This document shows positions 24,563 through 37,024 of a stretch of DNA of 64,000 nt, piece after piece. The stretch's first letter is position 1. Each line of letters starts with the position of its first letter. The position numbers were made by a program, and so were the translations under genes. The notes beneath the pieces were generated by a model. The model ran no database searches, had not been told where the DNA came from, and was given only the letters and a program-made list of their open reading frames with translations. This DNA is from Mobula birostris (taxonomy: Eukaryota), in assembly GCF_030028105.1 (NCBI RefSeq), contig NC_092399.1, positions 32,508,881 to 32,572,880 of the forward strand, in the 5' to 3' direction.

Positions 24563-25158
24563 ATCATTTTAATTCCACGTCCCATTCCCATTCTGACATG
24601 TCTATCCACGGCCTCCTCTACTGTAAAGATGAAGCCACACTCAGGTTGGAGGAACAACACCTTATATTCCGTCTGGGTAGCCTCCAACCTGATGGCATGA
24701 ACATCGACTTCTCTAACTTCCGCTAATGCCCCACCTCCCCCTCGTACCCCATCCGTTATTTATTTATATACACATTCTTTCTCTCTCCCTCTTTTTTCCC
24801 CCTCTGTCCCTCTGACTATACCCCTTGCCCATACTCCGGGCTTCTCCCCTCCCTCTTGTCTTTCTCCCTGGACCTCCTGTCCCATGACCCTCTCATATCC
24901 CTTTTGCCAATCACCTGTCCAGCTCTTGGCTCCATCCCTCCCCCTCCTGTCTTCTCCTATCATTTTGGATCTCCCCCTCCCCCTCCCACTTTCAAATCTC
25001 TTACTAACTCTTCCTTCAGTTAGCCCTGACAAAGGGTCTGGGCCCGAGACATCGACTGCACCTCTTCCTGGAGATGCTGCCTGGCCTGCTGCGTTCACCA
25101 GCAACTTTGATGTGTGTTGCTTGAATTTCCAGCATCTGCAGATTTCTTCATGTTTGCT
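24563..25158 (+). mobile_element. Penelope-like element 3' portion (GIY-YIG C-terminus plus pseudo-LTR)
   Basis: HFNSTSHSHSDMSIHGLLYCKDEATLRLEEQHLIFRLGSLQPDGMNIDFSNFR*; pyrimidine-rich tail; degenerate hammerhead near 25020-25058; possible TSD gtttaact. Confidence 0.88.
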
Positions 25159-25919
25159 GTTTAACTGTGTCTCTCACTTTGAACCAATACCCTCTAGCAT
25201 TTGACCTTTCCACCCTGGGGAAAAGACTATGGCAATGAAATTTGAAAGTGAAGCAGAAGTGGAGTATATATTGAAATTCCCCTATTCCAAGGTGCGAGTT
25301 TGATTCCATTTTAGTCATCCCCACCTAATTATTTAATTTTCTTCAATTTGTCATTAAATCAGTTTCTGCACTATCATATGTCTGGCAGCCCAACATCCTG
25401 GCCAGTCCTTCCCAATTTCATGCTTAACAGCTACTTTATTCTCTGATGAAAAGGTGATTGACATGAAACCATCAAAGCCGTTTTCAGTCTCTTCCTCACA
25501 TGGTGAAATTTTCCAGCGTTTTCATATTTTTTTTTGATTTTGTAATCGTCATTTAACTTTAAGAAACTTCAGGCAAATGTTTGTACACAGTGTTAGGTGT
25601 TAATGTTGAATGTTGATTCAGCAGCTGGCTGTAGAATAGTGTGAAGACAGTTGTGGAGTGCTCACTGATTGATGTAGAGGAATTTTAGTTGAGAAGTCAG
25701 CAAATGAAACCAGATGTTTAACTGAAGTCAGGCTTTACAAATAATTTTGTACATAATGCCCTTTTAGGTGAATGCTATTTATTTTAAAAGATCTCATCAC
25801 TTATACGCAGCATTGTCTTATAAAAAGGACATTGCAATGCCCTCGTGGATACAATTGTACATAATATATCCGGTGCATGCCAGCATCTATGTATGCTCGG
25901 CGGTCCAGCCATTTACTTA

Positions 25920-26110
25920 TCAAGATACAGCACAGAAGAGGCCCTTCTAGCCACTCTGCCCAGAAAACCCCAATTTAACCCTAGCCTATTCACAGGACAA
26001 CTTACAATGACCAATTAACCTACGAAACCTTGGACTGTGGGAGGAAACCCACGTGGTCACGGGGAGAACGGACAAACTCCGTACTGACAGCAGCGGCAAT
26101 TGAACCCTGG
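25920..26110 (-). mobile_element. tRNA-derived SINE
   Basis: Reverse copy of the family at 49603-49880 (B box ggttcaatt). Confidence 0.75.
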
Positions 26111-26188
26111 TCACCTGGGATTAGTCTAGAAACACATAAAAATTGCTGGTGAATGCAGCAGGCCAGGCAGCATCTCTAGGAAGAGGAA

Positions 26189-26227
26189 CAGTCGACATTT
26201 CGGGCCCAGACCCTTCGTCAGGACTAA
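26189..26227 (-). ncRNA. Minimal type I hammerhead ribozyme motif of Penelope element
   Basis: Reverse strand: agtc CTGACGA a ggg..ccc GAAA t GTC gact. Confidence 0.7.
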
Positions 26228-26780
26228 CTGAAGGAAGAATTAGTAAGAGATTTGAAAGTGGGAGGGGGAGGGGGAGATCCAAAATGATAGGAGAAGACAG
26301 GAGGGGGAGGGATGGAGCCAAGAGCTGAACAGGTGATTGGCAAAAGGGATACGAGAGGATCATGGGACAGGAGGCCCAGGGAGAAGGAAAAGGGGGGCGG
26401 AACCCAGAGGAGGAAAAACACCTTATATTCCGTCTGGGTAGCCTCCAACCTGATGGCATGAACATTGACTTCTCTAACTTCCGCTAATGTCCCACCTCCC
26501 CCTCGTACCCCATCCGTAATTTATTTATATACACACATTCTTTTTTTCTCTCTTTCTTTTTTCTCCCTCTGTCCCTCTGACTATACCCCTTGCCCATCCT
26601 CTGGGTTTTCCCCCCCCCCCCCACTTTTCCTTCTCCCTGGGCCTCTTGTCCTCTCATATCCCTTTTGCCAATCACCTGTCCAGCTCTTGGCTCCATCCCT
26701 CCCCCTCCTGTCGTCTCCTATCATTTTGGATCTCCCCCTCCCCCTCCAACTTTCAAATCCCTTACTAGCTCTTCTTTCAG

Positions 26781-26819
26781 TTAGTCCTGACGAAGGGTCT
26801 CAGCCTGAAACATCGACTG
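26781..26819 (+). ncRNA. Minimal type I hammerhead ribozyme motif of Penelope element
   Basis: agtc CTGACGA agggtctcagcct GAAA c ATC gact. Confidence 0.65.
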
Positions 26820-28464
26820 TACCTCTTCCTAGAGATGCTGCCTGCTGCTGCATTCACCAGCAACTTTGATGTGTGTTGCTTGAATTTCCAGCACCTGCAG
26901 ATTTCCTCGTGTTTGCGGGATTAGTCTATAGATTGCTTAAATTAATCATTGGCTCAATGAACATCTTTTTTTAAAAAAAGCCACAGATTCTGGAAATCTG
27001 AGATAGAAACGGAAATGCTAAGTTGGGCAGCGTCTGTGGAAAGAAAAACAGTGAATGACCTGGACCAATTCTCCCCTCCCCTCTCCTTTCAGCAATTCAA
27101 TGAGTTCACCTTCTTTATGACTCTTTCTATCCCCACCAAACTCTCCCTGTCTTACAACACTTCCCCATACAACCATGGAAGATTCAGCGTCCGTCCTTTC
27201 ACTTCTCCCCACCAACCAGGCACCCAGTCTTTACAGCTGAAGTAGTGATACACTTGCCCTCCTTCTGCTGCAGTAATTTGGTGTTCACATATAGCCTCCT
27301 CTACAATGGATACACCAAATGCATATTAGATGATTTCTCTCTTGCAACCCTGTATTCAAGTTCCTGCTACTTAAAATCCTCATCGCACTCGCGCTTTGAT
27401 CTCTCAGCCTGTGGTTTCCTGCACTGTTACAATGAGTCCCATTGCAAACTTGAGGAAGAGCATCTCATCTTCGGACTGTCACATGAACTCATTGGTCTCG
27501 CACTGTTAGACACTTTCCACCCATCAACTCCCCCATTTGTTTTGCCTCTGTAAATGAACTTATTTTCCCTCATCCCACCTCTGACACGTCACACTTGAAA
27601 AGTTAGCTGTTTCTCTGTCCACAGATGCTGCCTGCCCTGCTAAGTGTTTCCAACACTTTCTCTTTTTATTAATCTTCTGAAGCTAGCTAAGATGATAGGA
27701 AAATTAAAAATTTTATTTCAACTTGCTGTGGATGAAACCATTGGAATAAAGTTGGCATTTGCGAATTGCCTGCCTCCTAACTAGAGGGGTAAAATACAAG
27801 AAAAGGCAAGAAGGCAAGTGTTGGCATCAGTGTGGAGAGAGACAGCGGGAGAGGAGAACACATGAGAAAATCAGCTACAGTTGTAAATGAAATGTACACA
27901 TATTGTACTGATGACACCATCCTACACGCTGAAGCTCCCAGTGCTCCTTCAGTTATATTTGTTCTTGACAAATCATTCTATGCCAAATGCACCTCTTCAG
28001 AATAATCCCACCAATGCCATCTTCCTTCTTCAGCATTCCAGAGACCCTGAACTGTTCTTCAATCATCCCCATCACCAATCTTCACCTGCCCTTTTACCCC
28101 ATAACAGACTGACCTCAGTTGTTTCTACTTCCTTCAGATTAAAATTTTGTTCAGAATATAAAACTCCAAATGCTTGTCATTAAGCTTATGTCTTATTCTC
28201 ACTATAAGCCTTCTGTCCTCAGAAAAACTGATAGATACTCATGATAAGCTTGAGGAGCCTCATCTATTAGATATTTTACAATACTATACGACAAGTAGCA
28301 AGTGAGAGCGAGATCTTTGCAGAGTAAGTGCCACTTAAAACCAACAAAAGTTGTATTTGAGCCAATAAAAAGAAGTGAGGTGTGTGCTGAGTGGCCATTG
28401 TGTGAGTGAACAGGCTTTGGCTCAAGAAGCTTAGGCGAGAAGAGACGAAGGCTCAAGGTAAGTT

Positions 28465-30165
28465 TCTGAATCGGGTTTAATATCACTGGCATGTGACAGG
28501 AAATTAATTGTTTTGCGGCAGCAGTACAGTGCAATACATAATAAAAAAAAGTTACTGCTTTCTGCACACGTGCACACAGCTGACACTATTTAAAAACTAT
28601 TTGGCGACGGTGTCCTACCCTGATTAAGTGGCATCGCGTCCCAAATCAACAAAAGCAATCTCATCTATTTTCTCATTTAGTTTTATTTTTCTCCAGTTGA
28701 ATCAAATAAACAGCTGCCCTGATTAAATGATGGCCCAATTAACCAGAATGTAAAAATATATATATATAAAGAGCAAAAAAATGTGAGGTAGGATCATTGT
28801 CCGTTCTGAGATCTGATGGTGGAGGGGAAGAAGCTACTCCTAAAATGTGGAGTGTGTGCCTTCAGGGTTGTGATCCTGCTCTTGATGGTGGCAGTGCGAA
28901 GAGGGCATGTCCTGGGTGATGGAGGTCCTTAATGATGGATGACACTTTCTGATGGAACTGGCTGAGTTTGCAACCTTCTGCAGTTTCTTTCCTATCTTGT
29001 GCAGTCGCCCCTCCACACCAGACAGTGATACAATCAGTTAGAATGCTCTCTGTGATACATCTCTAGAAATTTGGTAGAGTCTTTGATGATACACCAAATC
29101 TCCTCAAACTCCTAATGAAATATAGCTGTGTCATGCCGTCTTTGTAATTGGATTTTCAGAGATGTTAACACCCTGGAGCTTGAAATTTCTCACTCTTTCC
29201 ACTGCTGGTGTGTGATCCCTCAACTTCCCCTTCCTGAAGCCCACAATCAATTCCTCGGTCTTTCTGACATTCAGTACAAGGTTGTTGTTGTGACACCACT
29301 TAATCAGCTGATCTATCTCACTCCGGTATGGGTTCTCATCACCATGTGAGATTCTGCCAACAACAACTGTGTGCCATTTATAGATGTGTTTGAGCTGTGC
29401 CGAGCCGTGCAGTCGTGGGTGTGCAGAGAGAAGAGCAGTGAGCTCAGCATGCATCCTTGAGTTGCAACAGTGTTGACAGTCAGCAAGGAGGTGTTACTTC
29501 CGATCTGCACTGAGGTCTCCCAGTGAGGAAATCAAGGATCCAGCTGCAGAGAGAGGTACAGGGGCTCAGGTTTTGAAGCTTGTTGATTAGTACTCAGGGT
29601 GTGATGGTGTTTCACTCTGAACTATAACCAATGAACAGCAGCCTGATGTAGGTATTGCTGTTGACAAGTTGGTCTAAGGCCAAGTGGGAGAGCCAATGAG
29701 ATAGCATCTGCTGTAGACCTATTGTGGCCTTAGACAAATTGAAATGGGTCCGGGTCCTTGCTTATTCAGGAGTTGATTCTATCCATGACCATCCTCTCAA
29801 AGCACTTCACAGTACATGCGAGTGCAACTGGATATAGTTGTTGAGGCAGTTCACCCTGCTTTTCTTGGGCAGTGGTGTGATTGATGCTCTTTTGAAGCAG
29901 GTCGCAACCTCCGACTGCAGCAGTGAGAAATTGAAGATGTCCTTGAACACTCCCTCCAGCTGGTTGGCACAGTTTTTCAATGCTCTACCAGCTCCACCAT
30001 CAACGCCTGACACCTTGAGAGGGATCACCCTTTTGAAAGGTGTTCTGACCACGGCCTCCAAGTCAGAGACCACAGGGTCACCAAGCACTTCAGGGATCTG
30101 CACAGGTGTAGCTTAATCTCCTTTTCCAGGCATGCATAAAAGGTGTTGAGCTCCCAGGTGCCAGG
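28465..30165 (-). mobile_element. Degraded Rex1/Babar LINE RT fragment
   Basis: RALKNCANQLEGVFKDIFNFSL, TQGCMLSSLLFSLHTHDC, LNVRKTEELIVGFRK. Confidence 0.88.
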
Positions 30166-30169
30166 GCGA

Positions 30170-32225
30170 GGGATGTCTCAGAGCGGCTTGACAGCATTCT
30201 AGAGGGGCAGGGTGATCAGCTGGAAGTTGTGGTACATATTGGTACCAATGACATAGGTAGAAAAGGGGATGAGGTCCTGAAGAGAGAATGTAGGTAGTAA
30301 GGTAAAAAATTGAAAAGCAGGATCTCAAAGGAAGTAATCTCTCGATTGCTGTTTTTGCCATGCACCAGTGAGAGTAAGAATAGGATGATTTGGCAGATGA
30401 ATGTGTGACTAAGGAATTGGTGCAGTAGGCAGGGTTTTGGATTTCTGGATCATTGGATCTCTTCTGGAGAAGGCATGACTTCTACAAAAAGGACGGGTTA
30501 TTCCTAAGCAACATACACAAAATGCTAGAGGAATTCAGCAGGTCGGGCAGCATTTATGGTAAAGTGTAAAGTTTCAAGCCTGGACCATTCTTCTGGACTG
30601 GAAAGGAAGGGGGAAGATGCCAGAATAAAAAGGTGAGGGGAGGGGAAGTAGGTCATACTGAACTTGAGGGGGACCAATGTCCTTTTGGGCAGATTAGCTA
30701 GAACTGTCGGGGAGGGTTTAAACTAACCTGGCAGTGGATTAGGAACTTGAGTGATTGGGCAGAAGATGGGGCGATTGGTACACAGGAAGATGCAGTGTGT
30801 AGTTTATAAAGGGATAAGAATTTAATTCTGGTAACATGGAGGCAAAATAGAAAAGAGTGATGAATACAGGACTGAAAGTGTTACATTTGAATGCACACAG
30901 TACATGGAATAAAGCTGATCTTGGAATGCACTTAGAGACTGGCAGGTGTGACAATATGGACATCACTGAGTTGTGGCTGAAAGATCATAATTGAGAGCAT
31001 AACTGTATCAACAGGACAAGCAGGTAGGCAGAGGGGTGAGGTGTCTCTGGTGGTAATAAATTAAATCATTAGAAAGAGGTAACATGGGATCAAAAGGTGT
31101 AGAATTCTTGTAGGTAGAGTTAAGAAGGTGCAAGGGTAAAAGGTCCCTGAGGAAACCGGAGCACACGGAGGAAACCCACGTGGTCTCAGAGAGAATGTGT
31201 ACAGTCCTCACTGGCAGCGGCGGGAATCGAACCCGGATCGCTGGGCTGTAAGGTGACCACTGCACTGCCGTGCCACCCCAAAAGGGGGGCCATTTCCAGT
31301 TGGCTGCTAGTGGCTAGTTGTATTCCACAGGGGTTTGTGTTGGGACTGCTCCTTTTCATTTTATATGTCAATGATTTGGACGATGGAATTGATGGCCAGG
31401 CTTGCAGATAGTGCAAAGATAGGTGGAGAGGCAGGTTATTTTGAGGAAGCATGGAATCTGCAGAAGGGAAATGAGTAAAAAGGTGGCAGATGGAATATAA
31501 TGTAGGGAAGTGTGTGGTCATGCACTTTGGTAAAAAGAATAAAAGCATAGACTATAATGGGGAGAAAATTCAAAACTCAGAGGTGCAAAGGGACTTGGGA
31601 GTCTTAGTGCAGGATTTCCTAAATGTTAACTTGCAGGCTGAGTCGGAGGTAAGGGAAGCAAATGCAATGTTAGCACTCATTTCAAGTGGACTAGAATATA
31701 AACACAAGGATGTAACGCTGAGGCTTTATAAGGCATTCCCTGTCGAATGGGTGGGTTTTCTCTGGGTGCTCCAGTTTTATCCCACAGTCCGAAGTTGTAC
31801 CGGTTAGTAGGTTAAATGATTATTGTAAGTTAACCTGTGATAGGTTGGGGTTAAATCGGAGGTTGTCAAGGTTGCTGGGTGGCGTGGCTCGAAGGGCAAG
31901 AGGGGCATATATTCTGCACTGTGTTTCTAAATAAATGAAGTATTTCCTGTGGTGGGAGAGTCTACGACTAGAGGGCACAGCCACAGAATACAAAGATGTC
32001 CCTTTAGAACAGAGATGAGGAGGAATTTCTTTAGCCTGTGGGTGTGACTCCTGTGGAGGCCAAGTCATTGGGTACATTTAAAATGGAGGTTGATAGGTTC
32101 TTGATTAGTACGAGTGTCAAATGTTATGGGGAGAAGGCGGGAGAATGGGGTTGAGGGGGATAAAACGATGGAACTGTGGAACAAACTCAATAGGCTGAAT
32201 GGCCCAATTCTGCTCCTATGTCTTG
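30170..32225 (+). mobile_element. Fragmented long CR1 (ORF1 end, APE, RT, 3' UTR) with Penelope and SINE insertions
   Basis: LKVLHLNA and DITELWL (APE); PQGFVLGLLLF and MEYNVGKCVVMHFG (RT); SINE pieces at 31147-31280 (-) and 31735-31935 (+). Confidence 0.8.
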
Positions 32226-34058
32226 GGGTTTAAGTTTAAACTATTTTCTGGACAGGAGCTGTTGTTTTTGAATCTCACTTTTATGCACATGACATTATTT
32301 TCACTTACCTGTTGCTTTGCATTGCAACATCAGAGTGTCAGGCTGCCCCCAGCATATCCTTAGGCGTATTGGTTGCTAATGCAAATGATGCATTTCATTG
32401 TATGTTAACATGGACATGTGATAAATAAATCTGAATCATCACAATCACACACCTCCCCTTCCCATGCAGTACGGTTTTTATACAGTTCTGATGAAATGTC
32501 TGTGTGCAGTATTAGCTCGGATTCTTCCCCTGCAAGTGCTAGGCAACCTGATCTGCATTTCAAGTTTATTGTCGTTCAACCACATGTATACAGCTAAGTG
32601 AAACATCGTTGCTCTAGGCTGAGTGCAGAACACAGTACATTACATACAGCATTCATAATTATGATTCAGCATACATAATCACAAAATAATACTAGCACAA
32701 GTGCCTGAGTGGCAAGGCCTGAACATTGACATAAAGTTGGAGGTGCACCTTTAAAGGTTACGAAGGTACATTTAATGTCAGAGAAATGTATACAATATAC
32801 ATCCTGAAATTCTTTTTCTTTGCAAACATCCACGAAAACAGAGGAGTGCCCCAAAGAATGACAGTTAAATGTTAGAACCCCAGCTACCCCCTCCCACACG
32901 TAAGCAGCAGCAGCAAAGCAATGACTCCCTCTCCCCCACCAGCAAAAAAAAGCATCGGCACCTCCCATCGAGCACTCAAGCATGCAGCAAAGCATCAATA
33001 ATGACACAGACTTGCAGTACCCCAAAGACTACTCATTCACCCAGAATTCGACATACCACCGGCTCTCCCTCTCTCCCTAATAAGGGAGAAAGAGGCATCC
33101 CCGTAAGTTGGTATAACGTGATTAGCACTATTATAATAAAGTACAGTTATTATCGAAGTATGTATGTAGTGTACATCCCTGGAATTTGTCTTATCCACAG
33201 ACAGTCACAAAGCAAAGGACCCAACCCGTTCAAAGAAAAGCATCAAACATCAACCCCCCCCCTCCACCGCGCAAAAAAGATCACACAAACAGCAACAAAA
33301 AATAAGCGAGTGAAAATGCTAAATGTAAGACACAAAATCAAAAGGCACGTTTCAGCTCTGTTCAGCTCAGCGTTCATTACCTGCAGTCTGCCCCGGTTCA
33401 AAAATCACCCAAAAAGTAATAATGAGCTAGAACTAGAGACTGAGCACATCATAAAGTCCAAATCTACAACCCGTGTCGATTGAACCTTGCTCTGTCACGA
33501 TCCGCCGAGAGAGAGAAAAGTCACTGGAACGTAAGGACCTTCAGGAACCGCGCCATGCGCAGACGCCTTCTCCGACAGTGGCGAGCAAGAGGCTGGTAAA
33601 CGGTGCTAATTAGAAAGCAGCAGCAGTAAAAGCTGAAAAGTGGCTAGCGCAAGATGAGAGTGGAGGGGGGCGTGCAGGGGCACAGCAGGACCGTCAGGAC
33701 AGGATGTACATGTGTGCTGGGTGGCAGCGGGGTTTTAAGGGGTCTAACAGCACTTCTTATTTATTTAAGAGATTGCCAGCCTCTGCACAGAGTTGCTCTT
33801 GTAGAACAATCCTCACATGTTCACAGTCTGATCGACACTGTCATCCCAGCATTCCAGGTCCAGCCAGGAGCCGCTCCTTGCTGTTGTTCACCACCCCCTG
33901 CTGCGGAATGAAATGTCACTATCAGGAGCACGAGTTCAGCTTGGCTACTCTTTGCATTGCCTTGCCTTATTGCCCAATCCAATTTCAGCAGTGTATAGTT
34001 ACATTTAAATGGGTGGAATATGGAGATACTGAACACATTCTTCACTTAAAACAAACAA

Positions 34059-34228
34059 GACAAAATCTGCAGATGCTGGAAATCCAAGCAACACACACAA
34101 AATGCCGAAGGAACTCAGCATCTGTGGAACAGAATAAACAGTCGATGTTTTGGGCCGAGACATCGACTCTTTACTCTTTTCCGTAGGTGCTGCCTGGCCT
34201 GCTGAGTTCCTCCAGCATTTTGTGTGTG
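34059..34228. repeat. Penelope-derived fold-back element
   Basis: Same inverted arms as 16853-17080. Confidence 0.75.
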
Positions 34229-34614
34229 ATTCTTCACTTATAATATGCTTTCTCTCTCAATGCCAAAGAAATTACTGTGACATCGTAGGAATTATTTGCA
34301 GCAAGCAGTGATGGAATTTCTTCCATTGCCTCTAAGATGCCCTTCAAAGTCTGCTATTTTACCATACTTTTAGTTACCTTTTGTAAAACATTCTTATGAC
34401 TGGGTGTCAAATATTGATAATGTTCCTGTGAAATGATGCGTTTTTCCCTGAGAAGTGATGTGTAAATGTACGCAGTTATTGAACTGAACAGGGTCAATGA
34501 GTAGTCGTCAAGGGTTGTTGGAAGTGCGGGAAGGGAATAATGTGGATTAATAGTCAGAGATTCTCTTCTCAAAATGATGGAGTGAACAAAATTTTGGCCA
34601 GGATTTTCCATTGC

Positions 34615-34850
34615 CCGGTATTTCAAGATACAGCGCAGTAACAAGCCCGTACCACCCAATTGCACACATGTCCAGTTAACTCACTAAGTTGTACACCTTT
34701 GGAATGTGGGAGGAAACTGGAGCACCCAGAGGAAGCACACGTGGCCAACGGGAACGCATATGAACTGCTTACTGACAGCGATGGGAAATGAACCCGAGCC
34801 ACTGGTGCTGTAATAGTGTTACGCTAAACCGTACATTATCGTGCCACCCC
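34615..34850 (-). mobile_element. tRNA-derived SINE
   Basis: Reverse head ggggtggcacgataatgtacggtttagcg; body shared with 49603-49880. Confidence 0.75.
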
Positions 34851-35010
34851 CAAAATGCCAGCTTCTGTCCGGTCATTTTGGACCTTGTTTATCTCAGACC
34901 TGATTCCATCAAGTTAAAGGTGCATTGGGACAGACACCAAAGATATGAACCCTCGATACAGGACACATCTTGGTTGCCCATGCCGGGTCATTACTGCCTT
35001 AAAGGCAATC

Positions 35011-35504
35011 GTTTCATCCCCAGCAGCTGCGTAACAGAGGACTCTCTGATCTATGGGCTGTTCCCGGGGACGCACACGGAGACCAACATCCGGTGCTGCT
35101 GGCAGATCATCAACTCGGTGAAAGACGCTCCTTGGTCGGCCCGAAACTTGATGATCTACCAGCACATGGAGATGTCCGTGGGAGAATGCTGCTGACTGGC
35201 GCATTCGCGGCTGCAGGAGTACGTGTTGAGGGACGCACTGAAACTCGGTGCAGCCACCGCAAGGGCCCGGTGGGGAAGGACCACAGTTTAGAGCTCTTCT
35301 CCCGCGGGAGTGGGAGGGGTCGGGTGGCAGGGAGTATACCCCTCAACAATGGTGTGGTAAGGTGAACCAACAGATTGCCACGTGGGTGGCCAAAAGTATG
35401 GATATGTAGGGACCATAAGGGAAACGTATGTAAAGGATTGAGAGTCATTGAATGGTTTATTGTATATAATTTTATTTTTGAATAAAGTATATTTTGAAAT
35501 AAAA
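35011..35504 (+). mobile_element. 5'-truncated Tx1/L1-clade LINE with 10-bp TSD
   Basis: FIPSSCVTEDSLIYGLFPGTHTETNIRCCWQIINSVKDA...LQEYVLRDALKLG; AATAAA plus A-tail; TSD aaaggcaatc at 35001-35010 and 35505-35514. Confidence 0.9.
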
Positions 35505-35768
35505 AAAGGCAATCAAATGGCCTACACACCATAATTCCTCAGCCTTTCTTCAAACAAGGTTTTCATATATATCTGTAGGTAGGTTTCCTTTAAATAGCAT
35601 CATGGAACGCAGCTGAAGGGAAAGTACAAGGCTTCGGTGGGTAACAGTACACAGGGACAGCGAAAGTCATTCAACAGATCAATGATCTGCACTTGCTGCC
35701 TTAGCTCTTTGTTTCTTGATCATTTAACTAATAAATATGGGCACCTTTGACCTTGGTGAAGTAGGGAT

Positions 35769-36286
35769 GGGGTGTATGGGGTGTCTAGGCAGGGGTCGCA
35801 CCTCTGGTGGGGGGGCCTGCTGTGCCCTTTTTCAGGGCAGCTCGTCTACCTTTGGTCCCCACCTGGCGCTCAGCTCTCACCTGTGGCTCCAAGTAGCTGT
35901 AACACGCGCAGCGGCCACACCCCAGTAAACCGTCTCGGCAGACATGCCAAACCAGGTGAGGGTAGCCGATGGGTCTTCGACCCTTGGTGAGGTAGGGGAT
36001 CTGTCCGTCCCAGCGTGTGAAGTCTGGCCCTGGCAGATGGAGTGGAAAAGACCAATTAATGGTCCAACGGTCAAGAAGGCAGGCCAGCAAGTGTCATAGA
36101 GCGCTAACAGCAAGACAAGGCACTTAGACGTCCTGGTCATCCGCTGCAAGAGGTGGTGATCTCTTTAAACTCACCCAGCAGAAGGCAAAGGCAAACCACT
36201 GCTCTAACCTGCCAAGTACGATTTCCCAATATGTCAGAGCGGCGTGGAGGGAAATCGTCCGCCAGCTGGAAATTCCAGATACGACC
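35769..36286 (+). mobile_element. Non-autonomous RTE-related element, copy 1
   Basis: Close match to 46641-47151 (-); contains the RTE/Bov-A-like motif gaaggcaaaggcaaaccact; no pol III boxes seen. Confidence 0.8.
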
Positions 36287-37024
36287 CTCGCACTTTATGG
36301 TCCTATTGACCACAATGCTCCTTTAAACTGTCTATAATGGTGAATGAATTAGTTAAATCAAACCAGAAAATTTCAACATTTAATCACTTGGGTTATTTTA
36401 CCATGATGTCATAAACAAAATGACATTTTTACAGATATCTTTCTCCTGCTTTGAGATCTTGGAGCTGTATTTTTCTCTGGCATTTAGTGCTGCTGTTAAA
36501 TCATGAATTCTTAATTTTTCCAATAGAAGCTTAAATTTCACTTCACTGAATTTCCTCGGCCACACTGGATCTCTGACAAACCCTTCATCGTGCACCCACG
36601 AAATCGATGTTCTGCTTCAATCACTCCTGCGTAAGCCGTGGAAGGAGCACATCAGTTCCCAGACTGCCCAACCAGCCACTCCATCAGGCTCCTCCAGCCT
36701 TTCCGTTGAAGAGTCCACCTTTCACCTCGGGATCCAGAAAACCAGAGTGGAGGCAAAACCTGCGACCCCCAGGGGCTTCCAGCAAAGAAGTGAGTCGCCC
36801 CTTCCCTTTGTGCACTCGTGCACTGGGCCACGTGGTGGCTCCAAAGTCATAAATGTTGAAAATAACGAACAGCACAACGTACATCAGAGAACAGAAAGAG
36901 ATTAGCTTTATTTGTCACAGGCACATTGAAATATGCAATTAAATGCATTATTTGTGTCAAATCAAATCAGCAAGGGCTGTGCTGGACAGTGCACAAATGT
37001 TATCACGCTTCTGGCACCAACATA

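Larger units (their letters stand above)
26129..26916. mobile_element. Penelope-like insertion with inverted 5' segment and 12-bp TSD
   Basis: Reverse arm 26130-26412, forward arm 26413-26916; flanked by gggattagtcta at 26117-26128 and 26917-26928. Confidence 0.92.

Noticed and set aside
24760-25204. Recurrent LSYPFCQSPVQLL / GRGRGRSK peptides (also near 26.1-26.9 kb and 45.7-46.2 kb)
   Set aside because: Translations of the non-coding Penelope terminal repeat.
32869-33483. 204-aa ORF
   Set aside because: It runs across adjacent non-coding repeat fragments and has no recognisable domain.
36398-36595. Minus-strand ORF with KNVILF resembling alkaline phosphatase
   Set aside because: The following LGDGMG motif is absent and no partner exons were found.
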